From positions 10,568-74,567 of the forward strand of contig DATGXG010000026.1 in assembly GCA_035299085.1 (NCBI GenBank): a stretch of DNA of 64,000 nt. Reading direction: 5' to 3'. This document shows, piece by piece, positions 17,524 through 26,253 of the stretch. The notes below the pieces were generated by a model, which saw only the letters and a program-made list of their open reading frames with translations, searched no databases and had not been told where the DNA came from. Numbering within the stretch: position 1 is the stretch's first letter; each line of letters opens with the position of its first letter. Position numbers and translations under genes: made by a program. This stretch comes from Bacteroidales bacterium. Its GTDB lineage: Bacteria > Bacteroidota > Bacteroidia > Bacteroidales > UBA10428.

Positions 17524-19803
17524 ATGAAACACAACTACATCTTCGCCTTACTTATCTCAACCCTGTTTAACCTAATTTTTGAATACAACTGTTATTCACA
17601 AACCAAACTTCATGTAGATGCAGAATATATAAAGGATGTTGTTTCGGATATTGCTTCCGACGATTACCAGGGTCGTGAAACCGGTACTGCCGGATGTGTT
17701 ATGGCCGAAGATTATTTTGCTGCCGAACTGCAGAAACTGGGCCTGAAACCAGCCGGTGATTCAGGTTCCTGGTTTTTTAATTATTCAATTCCAAAAGAGG
17801 AGTTTGACCTGACAGCAGGACTTACGATCGACAACAGGTCATTCTTCCAGGGATATAATGAGGATTTTTCAGTAGTTTATAAAAGTGAGCCCGGTGATGT
17901 CCAGGGTGATATTGTTTTCGCCGGTTATGGTATTTATAACCCGGAAAAAAACAGGAATGATTTTGATACGCTTGACCTTAAAAATAAAATAGTTTTAATG
18001 AAGCGAGGTGCCCCGCGTAATGACATACAGTCTTGGATGCCTTCCTGTATCGATTCGGTAAAGGCAGCATACTGTTACGAACACGGTGCTGTGGGAGTGT
18101 TATTTTATGAACCGCTTATTCGCACAAATCAGCGCATTCTGAAACCAACTTTTGGAAATCACCTGGCTATGGTAAGGGTAATTCCCTGTTTCCCTGTGTT
18201 TTCAATTGATGAGCGGGTTGTGCGGTTTATTTTTTCGCAAATGGGACAGTCGTATTACCGCATTAACAACTTGATTGAAACCCAGCCCGAATCCTTTGCA
18301 ACGAAAAGCACCTGTCATATGTCGGCTAGCGGTAAAAAGAACCAGTCGATTCATACCCGCGATGTACTGGGAATGATAAAGGGAACGGACAGGACTCTGA
18401 AAGATGAATTTATCGTTATAGGAGGGCATATTGACCATCTTGGCGCAGACGAACACGGAAAATTATGGAACGGAGCTGATGATAATGCCTCCGGACCTGC
18501 AGTTGCCCTTGGAATTGCCAGGGCTATGATCATGAACAAGTACAAACCCAGGCGGAGTATAATTTTCGCCGCATGGACCGGAGAGGAGATGGGGCTTCTG
18601 GGTTCAAAGGCATGGTGTGACCGCCCAACTGTTGATGCATCAAAGATTGTTGTATATTTCAATCTGGATATGGTAGCCGTAGGAAATGGAAAACTAAATA
18701 TGCCCGGCACTGCTTACGGTCCCGAACTGGCTGATTTCATTAAGGAAAATTTGGACACAGCCCTTCTCAGGAACATCATTTGGAGTGACGGAGGTATTTC
18801 GGGAAGCGATCACAGTAACTTTTTAAATCTTGGAATACCAGCATTTGCAGGGATGACAGCTGGTTCACATCCCGATTATCACCAGCCTGGCGATGATCCT
18901 GAAAAAATAAGTAAACCTGTGCTTCAGTTCACTGGCGATTTTATTGCTGCCTGTGTTACCGCAATTGCGGACAGCCGTTCCGACTTTAACCGCCTGGCAC
19001 GACAGGAGGAAAACCAGATGAGACTTATGTCATTTTCATTCTATCAGCCAATCAGTTTATCATCATGCAATGAAAAATTAAGTGAAACTAATTTCAGACA
19101 GGGACTTGTGAATTTCTCCAAATCACAGCCTTCCGCAGATCAGAATGCAAACTTCATCGGTTTATTAGCGGATCTTGACAGTGCGCTGCAAAAAAATAAC
19201 AACAAGTATGTATTTTCCACAAGTGCCTACGATGCGATGATGACCCGTGAAGGATTGCTTGCGGCTTTCAATCCCGCCGATGTCGGCATGGATGATCTGA
19301 AATTAAAAGTACTTGCAAGCCAGGGATACCGCATTGCCATAGTCGACAGCAAAAATGTAATTTGTACTGATACGGCCAGGATGAGACACTTTTTGACTAT
19401 TTGCCATCAAAACGGCCTGGGTGTAATTCTGAATAACTTACCTGTGCCCTGCCTGGAAGCCATCACATCCGAATCCGTTGATCCGGTGTTGATAATGAAT
19501 TCCGAATTTCTCAGCGACCGGATATTCAGTAATATCAAAGCCAAAGGCCACCTCATCATATTTGCATTGAAAAACAATGATATCATAAACCAGGAAAACA
19601 GAAATTTGGCCAGACTGATTGAACTGGCCGGCGACGATCATATTCTGATTTGTCCTTCGGATCTTGCTCCTGAAGATTTGCGGTACCTCAAAATGTTTGT
19701 CAGGCAGTACTCAAAGTCCGCTAAGGACAAGTCGCTGCAATATAAATTATTGAATGATAATTTCCGTGATTTTGCGGTAAAGTCGATGCAGCCGAATCTT
19801 TAG
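17524..19803 (+). CDS. Secreted M28-family aminopeptidase with a PA domain and a roughly 270-aa C-terminal extension of unknown function
   Basis: 759 aa. Signal peptide. M28 metal-ligand contexts GGHIDHLG, DDNASG, TGEEMGLLGS, NLDMVA and GSDHSNF. Residues from about 490 to the end have no motif I recognise. Confidence 0.8.
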   Translation: MKHNYIFALLISTLFNLIFEYNCYSQTKLHVDAEYIKDVVSDIASDDYQGRETGTAGCVMAEDYFAAELQKLGLKPAGDSGSWFFNYSIPKEEFDLTAGLTIDNRSFFQGYNEDFSVVYKSEPGDVQGDIVFAGYGIYNPEKNRNDFDTLDLKNKIVLMKRGAPRNDIQSWMPSCIDSVKAAYCYEHGAVGVLFYEPLIRTNQRILKPTFGNHLAMVRVIPCFPVFSIDERVVRFIFSQMGQSYYRINNLIETQPESFATKSTCHMSASGKKNQSIHTRDVLGMIKGTDRTLKDEFIVIGGHIDHLGADEHGKLWNGADDNASGPAVALGIARAMIMNKYKPRRSIIFAAWTGEEMGLLGSKAWCDRPTVDASKIVVYFNLDMVAVGNGKLNMPGTAYGPELADFIKENLDTALLRNIIWSDGGISGSDHSNFLNLGIPAFAGMTAGSHPDYHQPGDDPEKISKPVLQFTGDFIAACVTAIADSRSDFNRLARQEENQMRLMSFSFYQPISLSSCNEKLSETNFRQGLVNFSKSQPSADQNANFIGLLADLDSALQKNNNKYVFSTSAYDAMMTREGLLAAFNPADVGMDDLKLKVLASQGYRIAIVDSKNVICTDTARMRHFLTICHQNGLGVILNNLPVPCLEAITSESVDPVLIMNSEFLSDRIFSNIKAKGHLIIFALKNNDIINQENRNLARLIELAGDDHILICPSDLAPEDLRYLKMFVRQYSKSAKDKSLQYKLLNDNFRDFAVKSMQPNL

Positions 19804-19804
19804 G

Positions 19805-19930
19805 ATGAAATCGTTTGAATGAATCGTTTGAATGAAATCGTTTGAGTAACTTCTTTCAAACTCTTTTTCAAACTCTTTTTCAAACTTCTTTCAAACCTTT
19901 TCTTTAAACAGCGAAGCGTTCAAACTTCTT
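19805..19930. repeat. Composite tandem-repeat element A: 3 x ATGA(A)ATCGTTTGA followed by 4 x T(C)TTT(T)TCAAAC, plus degenerate tail copies
   Basis: Seen directly. Left array 19805..19845, right array 19851..19896. Tail copies are CTTTAAAC at 19902..19909 and GTTCAAAC at 19918..19925. The GTTTGAA core of the left units is the reverse complement of the TTCAAAC core of the right units. The element fills the gap between convergent genes. Confidence 0.85.
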
Positions 19931-20432
19931 ATTGGTTTACAGAATTCATCCCCGAACTCATTTCGGGGCTTGCATCCGCATTCCAGGTTTCAAGTTTGAT
20001 TTTAAGCGTGCCGTCAGGCTGCTGTTCCCAGATTGTCAGATATTTACCGGCGTCTTCATTAATTTCATCCGATTGAGGCATGGTGAAACGGATATTGAAT
20101 TTTCCGATTTCAAGGATCATGTTTTCACATGGAACCGCATAGATAGTCTGGACTTCAAAGGATTTTACCTTCATACCGGTTGTGCTCATTTCGACAGTCG
20201 ATTTTCGGATAGCTGGCAGTCCTTCAATCATATCAGCGTTATTGGGCATTGAAATGGCATCTTCGGTATAATAACTGAGTGTTTTTTCAGTATTTCCTTC
20301 CATCATGGCTTTAGCCATCTCCTGGTTAACACGGGTGACTTTTGCCTTGAGATCTTCAGTACTTTGGGCCTGTAATGCTAGAGCTGTCCATCCTAAATAA
20401 ACGACAGCAAGAATCATTGTTTTTTTTTTCAT
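19929..20432 (-). CDS. Secreted SnoaL-like / DUF4440-type (NTF2 fold) protein
   Basis: 167 aa. Signal peptide (MILAVVYLGWTALALQAQS). Has a YYTEDAISMP...IWEQQPDGTLKIKLETWN pattern typical of DUF4440-like proteins. Family call is from memory. Confidence 0.55.
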   Translation of the reverse strand: MKKKTMILAVVYLGWTALALQAQSTEDLKAKVTRVNQEMAKAMMEGNTEKTLSYYTEDAISMPNNADMIEGLPAIRKSTVEMSTTGMKVKSFEVQTIYAVPCENMILEIGKFNIRFTMPQSDEINEDAGKYLTIWEQQPDGTLKIKLETWNADASPEMSSGMNSVNQ

Positions 20433-20519
20433 ATAAGTGGATTTAGTGGTATTAACTCACTAACAAATGTTTTCGTGAATTGATCAATTTTTATGTAACT
20501 TCAATCTTTCAATTACATT

Positions 20520-20948
20520 ATGGAAAACACTATAGCAGAATGTATCCGGTTTGCCAATGAGAACAAGGTTTGTTTCCTGGCTACTGATGAGAATGGTCAG
20601 CCCAGAGTGCGTGCGCTCGGATTCTGGTTTGCCGATGAGACCGGGTTTTATTTTCAAACAGGAATGATTAAGGATCTTTTCAGGCAACTGATCAAAAACC
20701 CGAAAGCAGAAGCATGTTTTTATAAACACGGACCTGATGCCGGTATTACCATGCGCATTTCGGGGGAAACTGAATTCGTAAACGATAAAAGCTTAAAGGA
20801 AAAGGTATTAAATGAACGGCCTTTTCTTAAAGAATTTGGTTTAACTGTCGACAGTCCGGGACTTATTATTTTCCGGATTGCCCATGGAAATGCATTTTTC
20901 TGGACGATGGAAAATAATCTGAAAAAAAAGAAGCTTATTCCGTTCTGA
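20520..20948 (+). CDS. Pyridoxamine 5'-phosphate oxidase-like FMN-binding split-barrel protein
   Basis: 142 aa. Contains NKVCFLATDENGQPRVRALGFWFADETGFYFQTG, typical of the PNPOx-like family. Confidence 0.7.
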   Translation: MENTIAECIRFANENKVCFLATDENGQPRVRALGFWFADETGFYFQTGMIKDLFRQLIKNPKAEACFYKHGPDAGITMRISGETEFVNDKSLKEKVLNERPFLKEFGLTVDSPGLIIFRIAHGNAFFWTMENNLKKKKLIPF

Positions 20949-20961
20949 TTCAAACCGTCAT

Positions 20962-23169
20962 TTAAATCTTCTTTGTACGCAGCCGAAGACTGTTGGAAAC
21001 GACCGAAACAGAACTTAATGCCATTGCAGCGGCGGCAATCATAGGATTCAGCATGATTCCCCACAGAGGGTATAATATCCCGGCTGCAATGGGGATTCCT
21101 ATCAGGTTATAAATAAAGGCCCAGAACAGGTTCTGACGAATTGTGCCGACTGTGTATTTCGATAAACGAATGGCAGCCGGAATCTTGCTGAGATCGGACG
21201 ACATGATTGTCATACCTGCAACATCAATAGCAATATCGGCTCCCTGTGCCATGGCGACGCTTACATCAGCTTCAGCAAGTGCCTGTGAATCGTTCACTCC
21301 GTCACCCACCATAGCCACCACTTTACCCGTTGATTGCAGTTCTTTTATAAAAAAAGCTTTATCCGATGGCATCATATTCGCCCTGTAACGAGTGATACCT
21401 GCTCGTGAAGCTATAACCTTTGCCGTATGATCATTATCTCCTGTGAGCATATATACTTCAGCACCGGTTTTCTGTAATTCAGAGATTGCATCGGCTGTAG
21501 ATGATTTCAGGATATCGGCAAGTCCGATAACCGCAAGAAGCCCGTTTTCGTCTGCAAAAAGCACCACCGTGTTGGCCTCTTCCTGCATGGCATTTATATA
21601 CTGCATCTGTCCTGCACTTATTGGAATTTCCTCATCGGCAAGCAGTTTAATATTTCCTGTAAAAAATGATTTGCCGTCAAACCGTGCTTTGACACCTTTA
21701 CCCGGAAGATTTTCAAAAAAACCCGGTTCACTATATTCTCCTGTTTGTTTTGACAGCGAAGATACAATAGCAGAAGCCAAAGGGTGCGAAGATAATTTTT
21801 CTATAGAAATAAGCAGCCGGGTATAGGCAGGTATGTCCTTTCCTTCTGCAAACCATTTAATGCCGGTTACGGCAGGGTGTCCGACCGTCAGAGTACCTGT
21901 TTTATCCATCACAATGGCATTGATATCCCTTATCCTTTCAAGGCTTTCCGCGTCCTTGATAAGGATTCCGTTCCTGGCTCCTTTTCCCATACCCACCATG
22001 ATGGCAGTTGGTGTGGCTAATCCGAGCGCACATGGACAGGCAATGACAAGCACAGTAACCATGGCCAGAAGTGCCCGTGAAATGTCGCCACCAAAGAACA
22101 TCCAACCGGCAAAGCTCAACAGCGAAATAGTTATAACAACAGGCACGAAAATTCCGGCCACCCTGTCCACTGTTTTTTGCACAGGAGCTTTACTGCCCTG
22201 GGCTTGTTGAACCATTTGAATAATTCTTGAAAGAACGGTTTCGGAACCCACCTGTTTCGCAATCATTACGAAGCTCCCGTTCAGATTCATTGTGCCGGCA
22301 AAAACTCTGTCACCCTTTGTTTTGTCTACAGGCATCGATTCACCCGTGATTGTGCTTTCGTCAATTGAGGAGGTGCCTGAGAAGAATTCGCCGTCAACCG
22401 GAATTTTGTCGCCGGGTTTCACCCGAAGTCGGTTTTCATGCCTGACAAGGGATACGGGTACTGTTTTTTCATTTCCCTGTTCGTCGAGCATCACGGCCAG
22501 GTCGGGTTGTAATCCCATTAATTTCCGTATGGCAGAAGAAGTCTTTGATTTGGCTCTTTCTTCAAGGACTTTACCAATAAGAATAAAAGCTATTACAACG
22601 GCTGAGGCCTCATAATACACGTGCGGATGTAATCCCCTTGAGTGCCAGAAATGCGGATAGAAAGTGTTGAAAAGACTGAAAAGAAAGGCGATCCCGGTGC
22701 TCAAAGCAACCAGCGTATCCATATTGGCCTGCCCATGCCGTGCAAGCCGGAACGCGTTAATGAAAAAATTCCTGCCAAAAAAAACAAGAACAGGCAGGGT
22801 AAGTACAAGCATAATATAGTTGGCAAAAGGAACTGACATGAAAAACATGGAAATAACCATTACGGGAAATGCCAGTGCCAGTGCACCTGTCATATTGAAA
22901 AGCAGCTGCCTGTAGTGACTTTGTTGTTTTTCTTCGGCGCTCTCAGTCTTGTCTTCTTCAATGATGAGATCGTATCCTATCGAACGGATGGCTGATTGAA
23001 GTAAAGTGGCATCAACAGGCTCCTTAAACTCTATAACTGCTGACGAATTGGCATAGTTCACTGCTGCGCTGGCTACACCGGGCTGACGCTTCAGAGTTCT
23101 CTCCACATTCAGAGCGCACGAGGCACAGCTCATGCCTTCGACAGGATACGTTTTTGTAATTGATTTCAT
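20962..23169 (-). CDS. copA: Copper-translocating P1B-type ATPase
   Basis: 735 aa. N-terminal HMA domain with GMSCASCA, membrane CPC motif ([11 protein letters not shown]), DKTGTLT, TGD and GDGVNDS. Confidence 0.92.
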   Translation of the reverse strand: MKSITKTYPVEGMSCASCALNVERTLKRQPGVASAAVNYANSSAVIEFKEPVDATLLQSAIRSIGYDLIIEEDKTESAEEKQQSHYRQLLFNMTGALALAFPVMVISMFFMSVPFANYIMLVLTLPVLVFFGRNFFINAFRLARHGQANMDTLVALSTGIAFLFSLFNTFYPHFWHSRGLHPHVYYEASAVVIAFILIGKVLEERAKSKTSSAIRKLMGLQPDLAVMLDEQGNEKTVPVSLVRHENRLRVKPGDKIPVDGEFFSGTSSIDESTITGESMPVDKTKGDRVFAGTMNLNGSFVMIAKQVGSETVLSRIIQMVQQAQGSKAPVQKTVDRVAGIFVPVVITISLLSFAGWMFFGGDISRALLAMVTVLVIACPCALGLATPTAIMVGMGKGARNGILIKDAESLERIRDINAIVMDKTGTLTVGHPAVTGIKWFAEGKDIPAYTRLLISIEKLSSHPLASAIVSSLSKQTGEYSEPGFFENLPGKGVKARFDGKSFFTGNIKLLADEEIPISAGQMQYINAMQEEANTVVLFADENGLLAVIGLADILKSSTADAISELQKTGAEVYMLTGDNDHTAKVIASRAGITRYRANMMPSDKAFFIKELQSTGKVVAMVGDGVNDSQALAEADVSVAMAQGADIAIDVAGMTIMSSDLSKIPAAIRLSKYTVGTIRQNLFWAFIYNLIGIPIAAGILYPLWGIMLNPMIAAAAMALSSVSVVSNSLRLRTKKI

Positions 23170-23182
23170 AGGTGACTACAGG

Positions 23183-23308
23183 CTATCCAAAAATCCTGCC
23201 AAGCCCAAACAATACGGCAAGCCATATCAAACCTTTAACCAGGAAGAAAAGAAATCCTATAAGTCCGATTCGTTTAAACCAATTGAAGGCAGATTTTTTA
23301 AAATGCAT
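23183..23308 (-). CDS. Possible 41-aa single-TM small protein upstream of copA
   Basis: Manual translation gives MHFKKSAFNWFKRIGLIGFLFFLVKGLIWLAVLFGLGRIFG. It has a basic N-terminus followed by one hydrophobic helix. It ends 13 nt before the copA start. No homology evidence. Confidence 0.25.
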   Translation of the reverse strand: MHFKKSAFNWFKRIGLIGFLFFLVKGLIWLAVLFGLGRIFG

Positions 23309-23319
23309 GAAAACATTTT

Positions 23320-25935
23320 TCAGGGAATAACAACTGTTGGCCCTGTAATGTTTATTTCATCACTTAGTGTATTTTTATCACCAGCAACCGGTTGTTTACC
23401 ACCGGCATATACAATGAATTTGCCGGCTTCTTCAACACGATTGTATTCTTCATTGATAACCGAAAAACTTTCAGCTTTCAAAACGAGTTCAACTTTTTTG
23501 GTTTCTCCGGCTTTAAGCATCACTCTTTTAAATCCGGCCAGTGCTTTAAGCGGAACAGGAACTGATGCGCCCTGGTTGGTCACAAATACTTCAACGACTT
23601 CTTCACCATCCATCTTTCCTGAATTGGTAACGTCAACAGATATCTTTACATCAGATCCGGCCGGCGATGATTCAGGAATGGTAAGATTTTTATATGTGAA
23701 TGTGGTATAGCTTAATCCGTAGCCAAAACCCCATAACGGTTCGCCTTTAAAATAACGGTATGTTCTGCCTTCCATGCGGTAATCCTTGAAGTCAGGCAAA
23801 TCGTTAACCGATTTATAGAAGGTAACGGGCAATCGGCCAGCCGGGTTGAAATCACCGGACAGCATGCGGGCAAGGGCTGTACCTGTGGCTTCACCGGGGT
23901 AAAATGCCTGGATAATTGCCGGAACGTTTTCATTTTCCCAATTCATAGCCATGGCACTGCCGCTAAAATTAACGTAAATAATGGGTTTGCCTGTTTTTTT
24001 GAGCTCTTTCAGCAGGTCTTCCTGAACAGAAGGAAGATTAATGTGAGTGCGGTCACCGTGTGAAAACCCGTCAATGCTGAGCGGCATTTCTTCACCTTCG
24101 AGACTGGAAGAAATACCACCGCAGAATACGATCACATCTGCCTTTTTGGCAGCATCAACCGCTTCTTTTTTGTAATCCTTTGATGTTTCAACCCATTCGA
24201 ATTTTGCTGAAGGTTCAACTGCATTGTTCCACCAGAAGGGTACCACAGTAAATGTAACTTCAAGATTATATTTCTGGCCTTTTACAAGTTCCACGAGATT
24301 TTTTCCGGGATCTTTCCCGTTAATTTTTACACGGGTATTACCTCCGAATGTAAAAGTACCTGATTTATCTGGAATAAGAATTCCTGTCCATCTAACTGAA
24401 AAACTATCTTCCATCTGGTTATCAACCGGTGAGCGCATCCAGTAAAAATTCACTGAGCTGTCAACACGCACAAATGCAGGCTGGCCTTTCAATCCTTCTT
24501 CACTGTAGTATTCAGCTTTAAGACCATTTTTAAGCGCTCCGTTTTCATCATGAAATAAATTCTTATACGGTACCGGCTGGTAATTGGTATAAATGCCGGG
24601 TACTATGGGACAACCGGCGGAATAAAGCACATTTTGCTTTCCCATCCTGGTTCTCAGTCCTGTGAGCGGTGTGATGGGAACTACAGGTTCCCCGTTGTAG
24701 TTAGCAATCAGAATGTCAAAGTTGTCGGCATTAGGTCCGATAAGAGCGATTTTCTTTCCTTTTTTCAATGGAAGGATGCCATCGTTTTTGAGCAGTACAA
24801 GTGATTTCTCGGCTGCTCTTTCCGCGAGTTGCAAATGTTCTTTGGAGCCTACAACTGAAAAGGGTATTTTGGAATAAGGAACCATGATATCCGGATCGAA
24901 CATTCCCAGTTTGATTCTGGCTTCAAAAAGCCTGAGAAGTGATGTGTTCAGGTCTTTTTCATTGATCACGCCGTTTTGTATGGCCGAATCAAGGTTGCTT
25001 ACAAGAAAACTGGCAGGAGTTTCACAATTCAGGTCTGTACCGGTGGAAACCGACCATCCCCAGGCACGGGATGAGTTCTCAACCACATGATGGGCGTTTT
25101 TTGTATAGAAATCACTGATGGCACCGCAATCCGATGTGATATAACCGGTAAAGCCGAATTCCTTTCTGAGAATGTTACTGAGAAGCAGGTCTGAGCCGCA
25201 GCATGGCTTATCACGGAACCTGTTATAGGCACACATTACCGATTGTACATTGGCTTCTTTCACCGAAGCTTTGAATGCAGGTAGGTAAGTATCATACAGG
25301 TCGCGGTCATTAACAAACACATTATCGACATGGCGGCTGTATTCCGGTCCGCTATGAACAGCATAATGCTTGGCCGTTGCAATGGTTTTAAGATAGTGAG
25401 GGTCATTTCCCTGTAATCCTTTAATGAAATTTACAGCCATTCTGCCTGTCAGATATGGATCTTCTCCGTAGGTTTCCTGGCCTCTTCCCCAACGGGGATC
25501 GCGGAATATATTGATGTTCGGCGACCAGAAGGTAAGTCCGGTATAAATGCTGTGCACATTGTTTTTAAGAAAATTATGATGCTTGGCCCTTGCTTCATCG
25601 GAAATAGCGGTAGCCACAGTGAACATCAGTTCTTCATCAAAGGTAGCTGCAAGACCAATAGCCTGTGGAAACACTGTGGCCTTACCGGCTCTTGCCACGC
25701 CGTGAAGGCATTCATTCCACCAATCATACTGCGGAATACCAAGACGCGGAATGGCTTCACTATGGTTGAAAAACTGGGTTACTTTTTCCTGCAAAGTAAG
25801 TCGCGAAACAAGGTCATATGCTCTTTCCTCAACCGGCAAAGACGGATCCTGGAAAGGATATTGATAGGTGGTTTGTCCGATGACAGTGAAAATTGCCGGA
25901 AGTATTAAACACAAGGTGAAAAGTATTCTGCGCAT
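23320..25935 (-). CDS. Secreted glycoside hydrolase family 3 beta-glucosidase with an inserted PA14 domain
   Basis: 871 aa. Signal peptide. GH3 N-terminal domain with nucleophile context GYITSDCGAI. PA14-like insert (LKAEYYSEEGLKGQPAFVRVDSSVNFYW). C-terminal fibronectin-like domain. Confidence 0.9.
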   Translation of the reverse strand: MRRILFTLCLILPAIFTVIGQTTYQYPFQDPSLPVEERAYDLVSRLTLQEKVTQFFNHSEAIPRLGIPQYDWWNECLHGVARAGKATVFPQAIGLAATFDEELMFTVATAISDEARAKHHNFLKNNVHSIYTGLTFWSPNINIFRDPRWGRGQETYGEDPYLTGRMAVNFIKGLQGNDPHYLKTIATAKHYAVHSGPEYSRHVDNVFVNDRDLYDTYLPAFKASVKEANVQSVMCAYNRFRDKPCCGSDLLLSNILRKEFGFTGYITSDCGAISDFYTKNAHHVVENSSRAWGWSVSTGTDLNCETPASFLVSNLDSAIQNGVINEKDLNTSLLRLFEARIKLGMFDPDIMVPYSKIPFSVVGSKEHLQLAERAAEKSLVLLKNDGILPLKKGKKIALIGPNADNFDILIANYNGEPVVPITPLTGLRTRMGKQNVLYSAGCPIVPGIYTNYQPVPYKNLFHDENGALKNGLKAEYYSEEGLKGQPAFVRVDSSVNFYWMRSPVDNQMEDSFSVRWTGILIPDKSGTFTFGGNTRVKINGKDPGKNLVELVKGQKYNLEVTFTVVPFWWNNAVEPSAKFEWVETSKDYKKEAVDAAKKADVIVFCGGISSSLEGEEMPLSIDGFSHGDRTHINLPSVQEDLLKELKKTGKPIIYVNFSGSAMAMNWENENVPAIIQAFYPGEATGTALARMLSGDFNPAGRLPVTFYKSVNDLPDFKDYRMEGRTYRYFKGEPLWGFGYGLSYTTFTYKNLTIPESSPAGSDVKISVDVTNSGKMDGEEVVEVFVTNQGASVPVPLKALAGFKRVMLKAGETKKVELVLKAESFSVINEEYNRVEEAGKFIVYAGGKQPVAGDKNTLSDEINITGPTVVIP

Positions 25936-25985
25936 TGCTTTTTTATTTTAGTTTGATAACATCAAATCTAAACATTTTATGCTTT

Positions 25986-26114
25986 AAGCGCAAGAATCCA
26001 AACTATGATCGCATCGCGATGGCTATCGAATATAATAGTCATCATTTCAAAGAGCAAGCCGATCTCGACCAGGTGGCATCCATTGTAAACCTGAGTGAAC
26101 CTTTAAACCTTTAA
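25986..26114 (+). pseudogene. Remnant of an AraC-family HTH domain (first helix-turn-helix only), truncated by repeat element B
   Basis: The frame starting at 25986 reads KRKNPNYDRIAMAIEYNSHHFKEQADLDQVASIVNLSEPLNL*. This matches the AraC-family pattern (hydrophobic-x-x-Y-I-x-x-H-F-x-x-x-I/L-x-L-x-x-L/V-A-x-x-x-x-L/M-S). There is no upstream start or N-terminal domain, and the frame dies inside the CTTTAAAC repeats. Confidence 0.35.
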
Positions 26115-26145
26115 ACCTTTAAACATTGGAACCTTTAAACCCTTG
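26097..26145. repeat. Repeat element B: GAAC-CTTTAAAC x3 in tandem plus one spaced copy
   Basis: Seen directly. CTTTAAAC at 26101..26108, 26109..26116, 26117..26124 and 26133..26140, with GAAC preceding at 26097 and 26129. Confidence 0.8.
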
Positions 26146-26253
26146 TTTTAGTGTATAGTCTGGTCCGACCCCGGAAAAAAAACATTTGCATCCTCTATTG
26201 TTTCGTTATAATTTCACGCAAATAAAATCAGAAAAAAGGAAAAGGGGCGGCAG

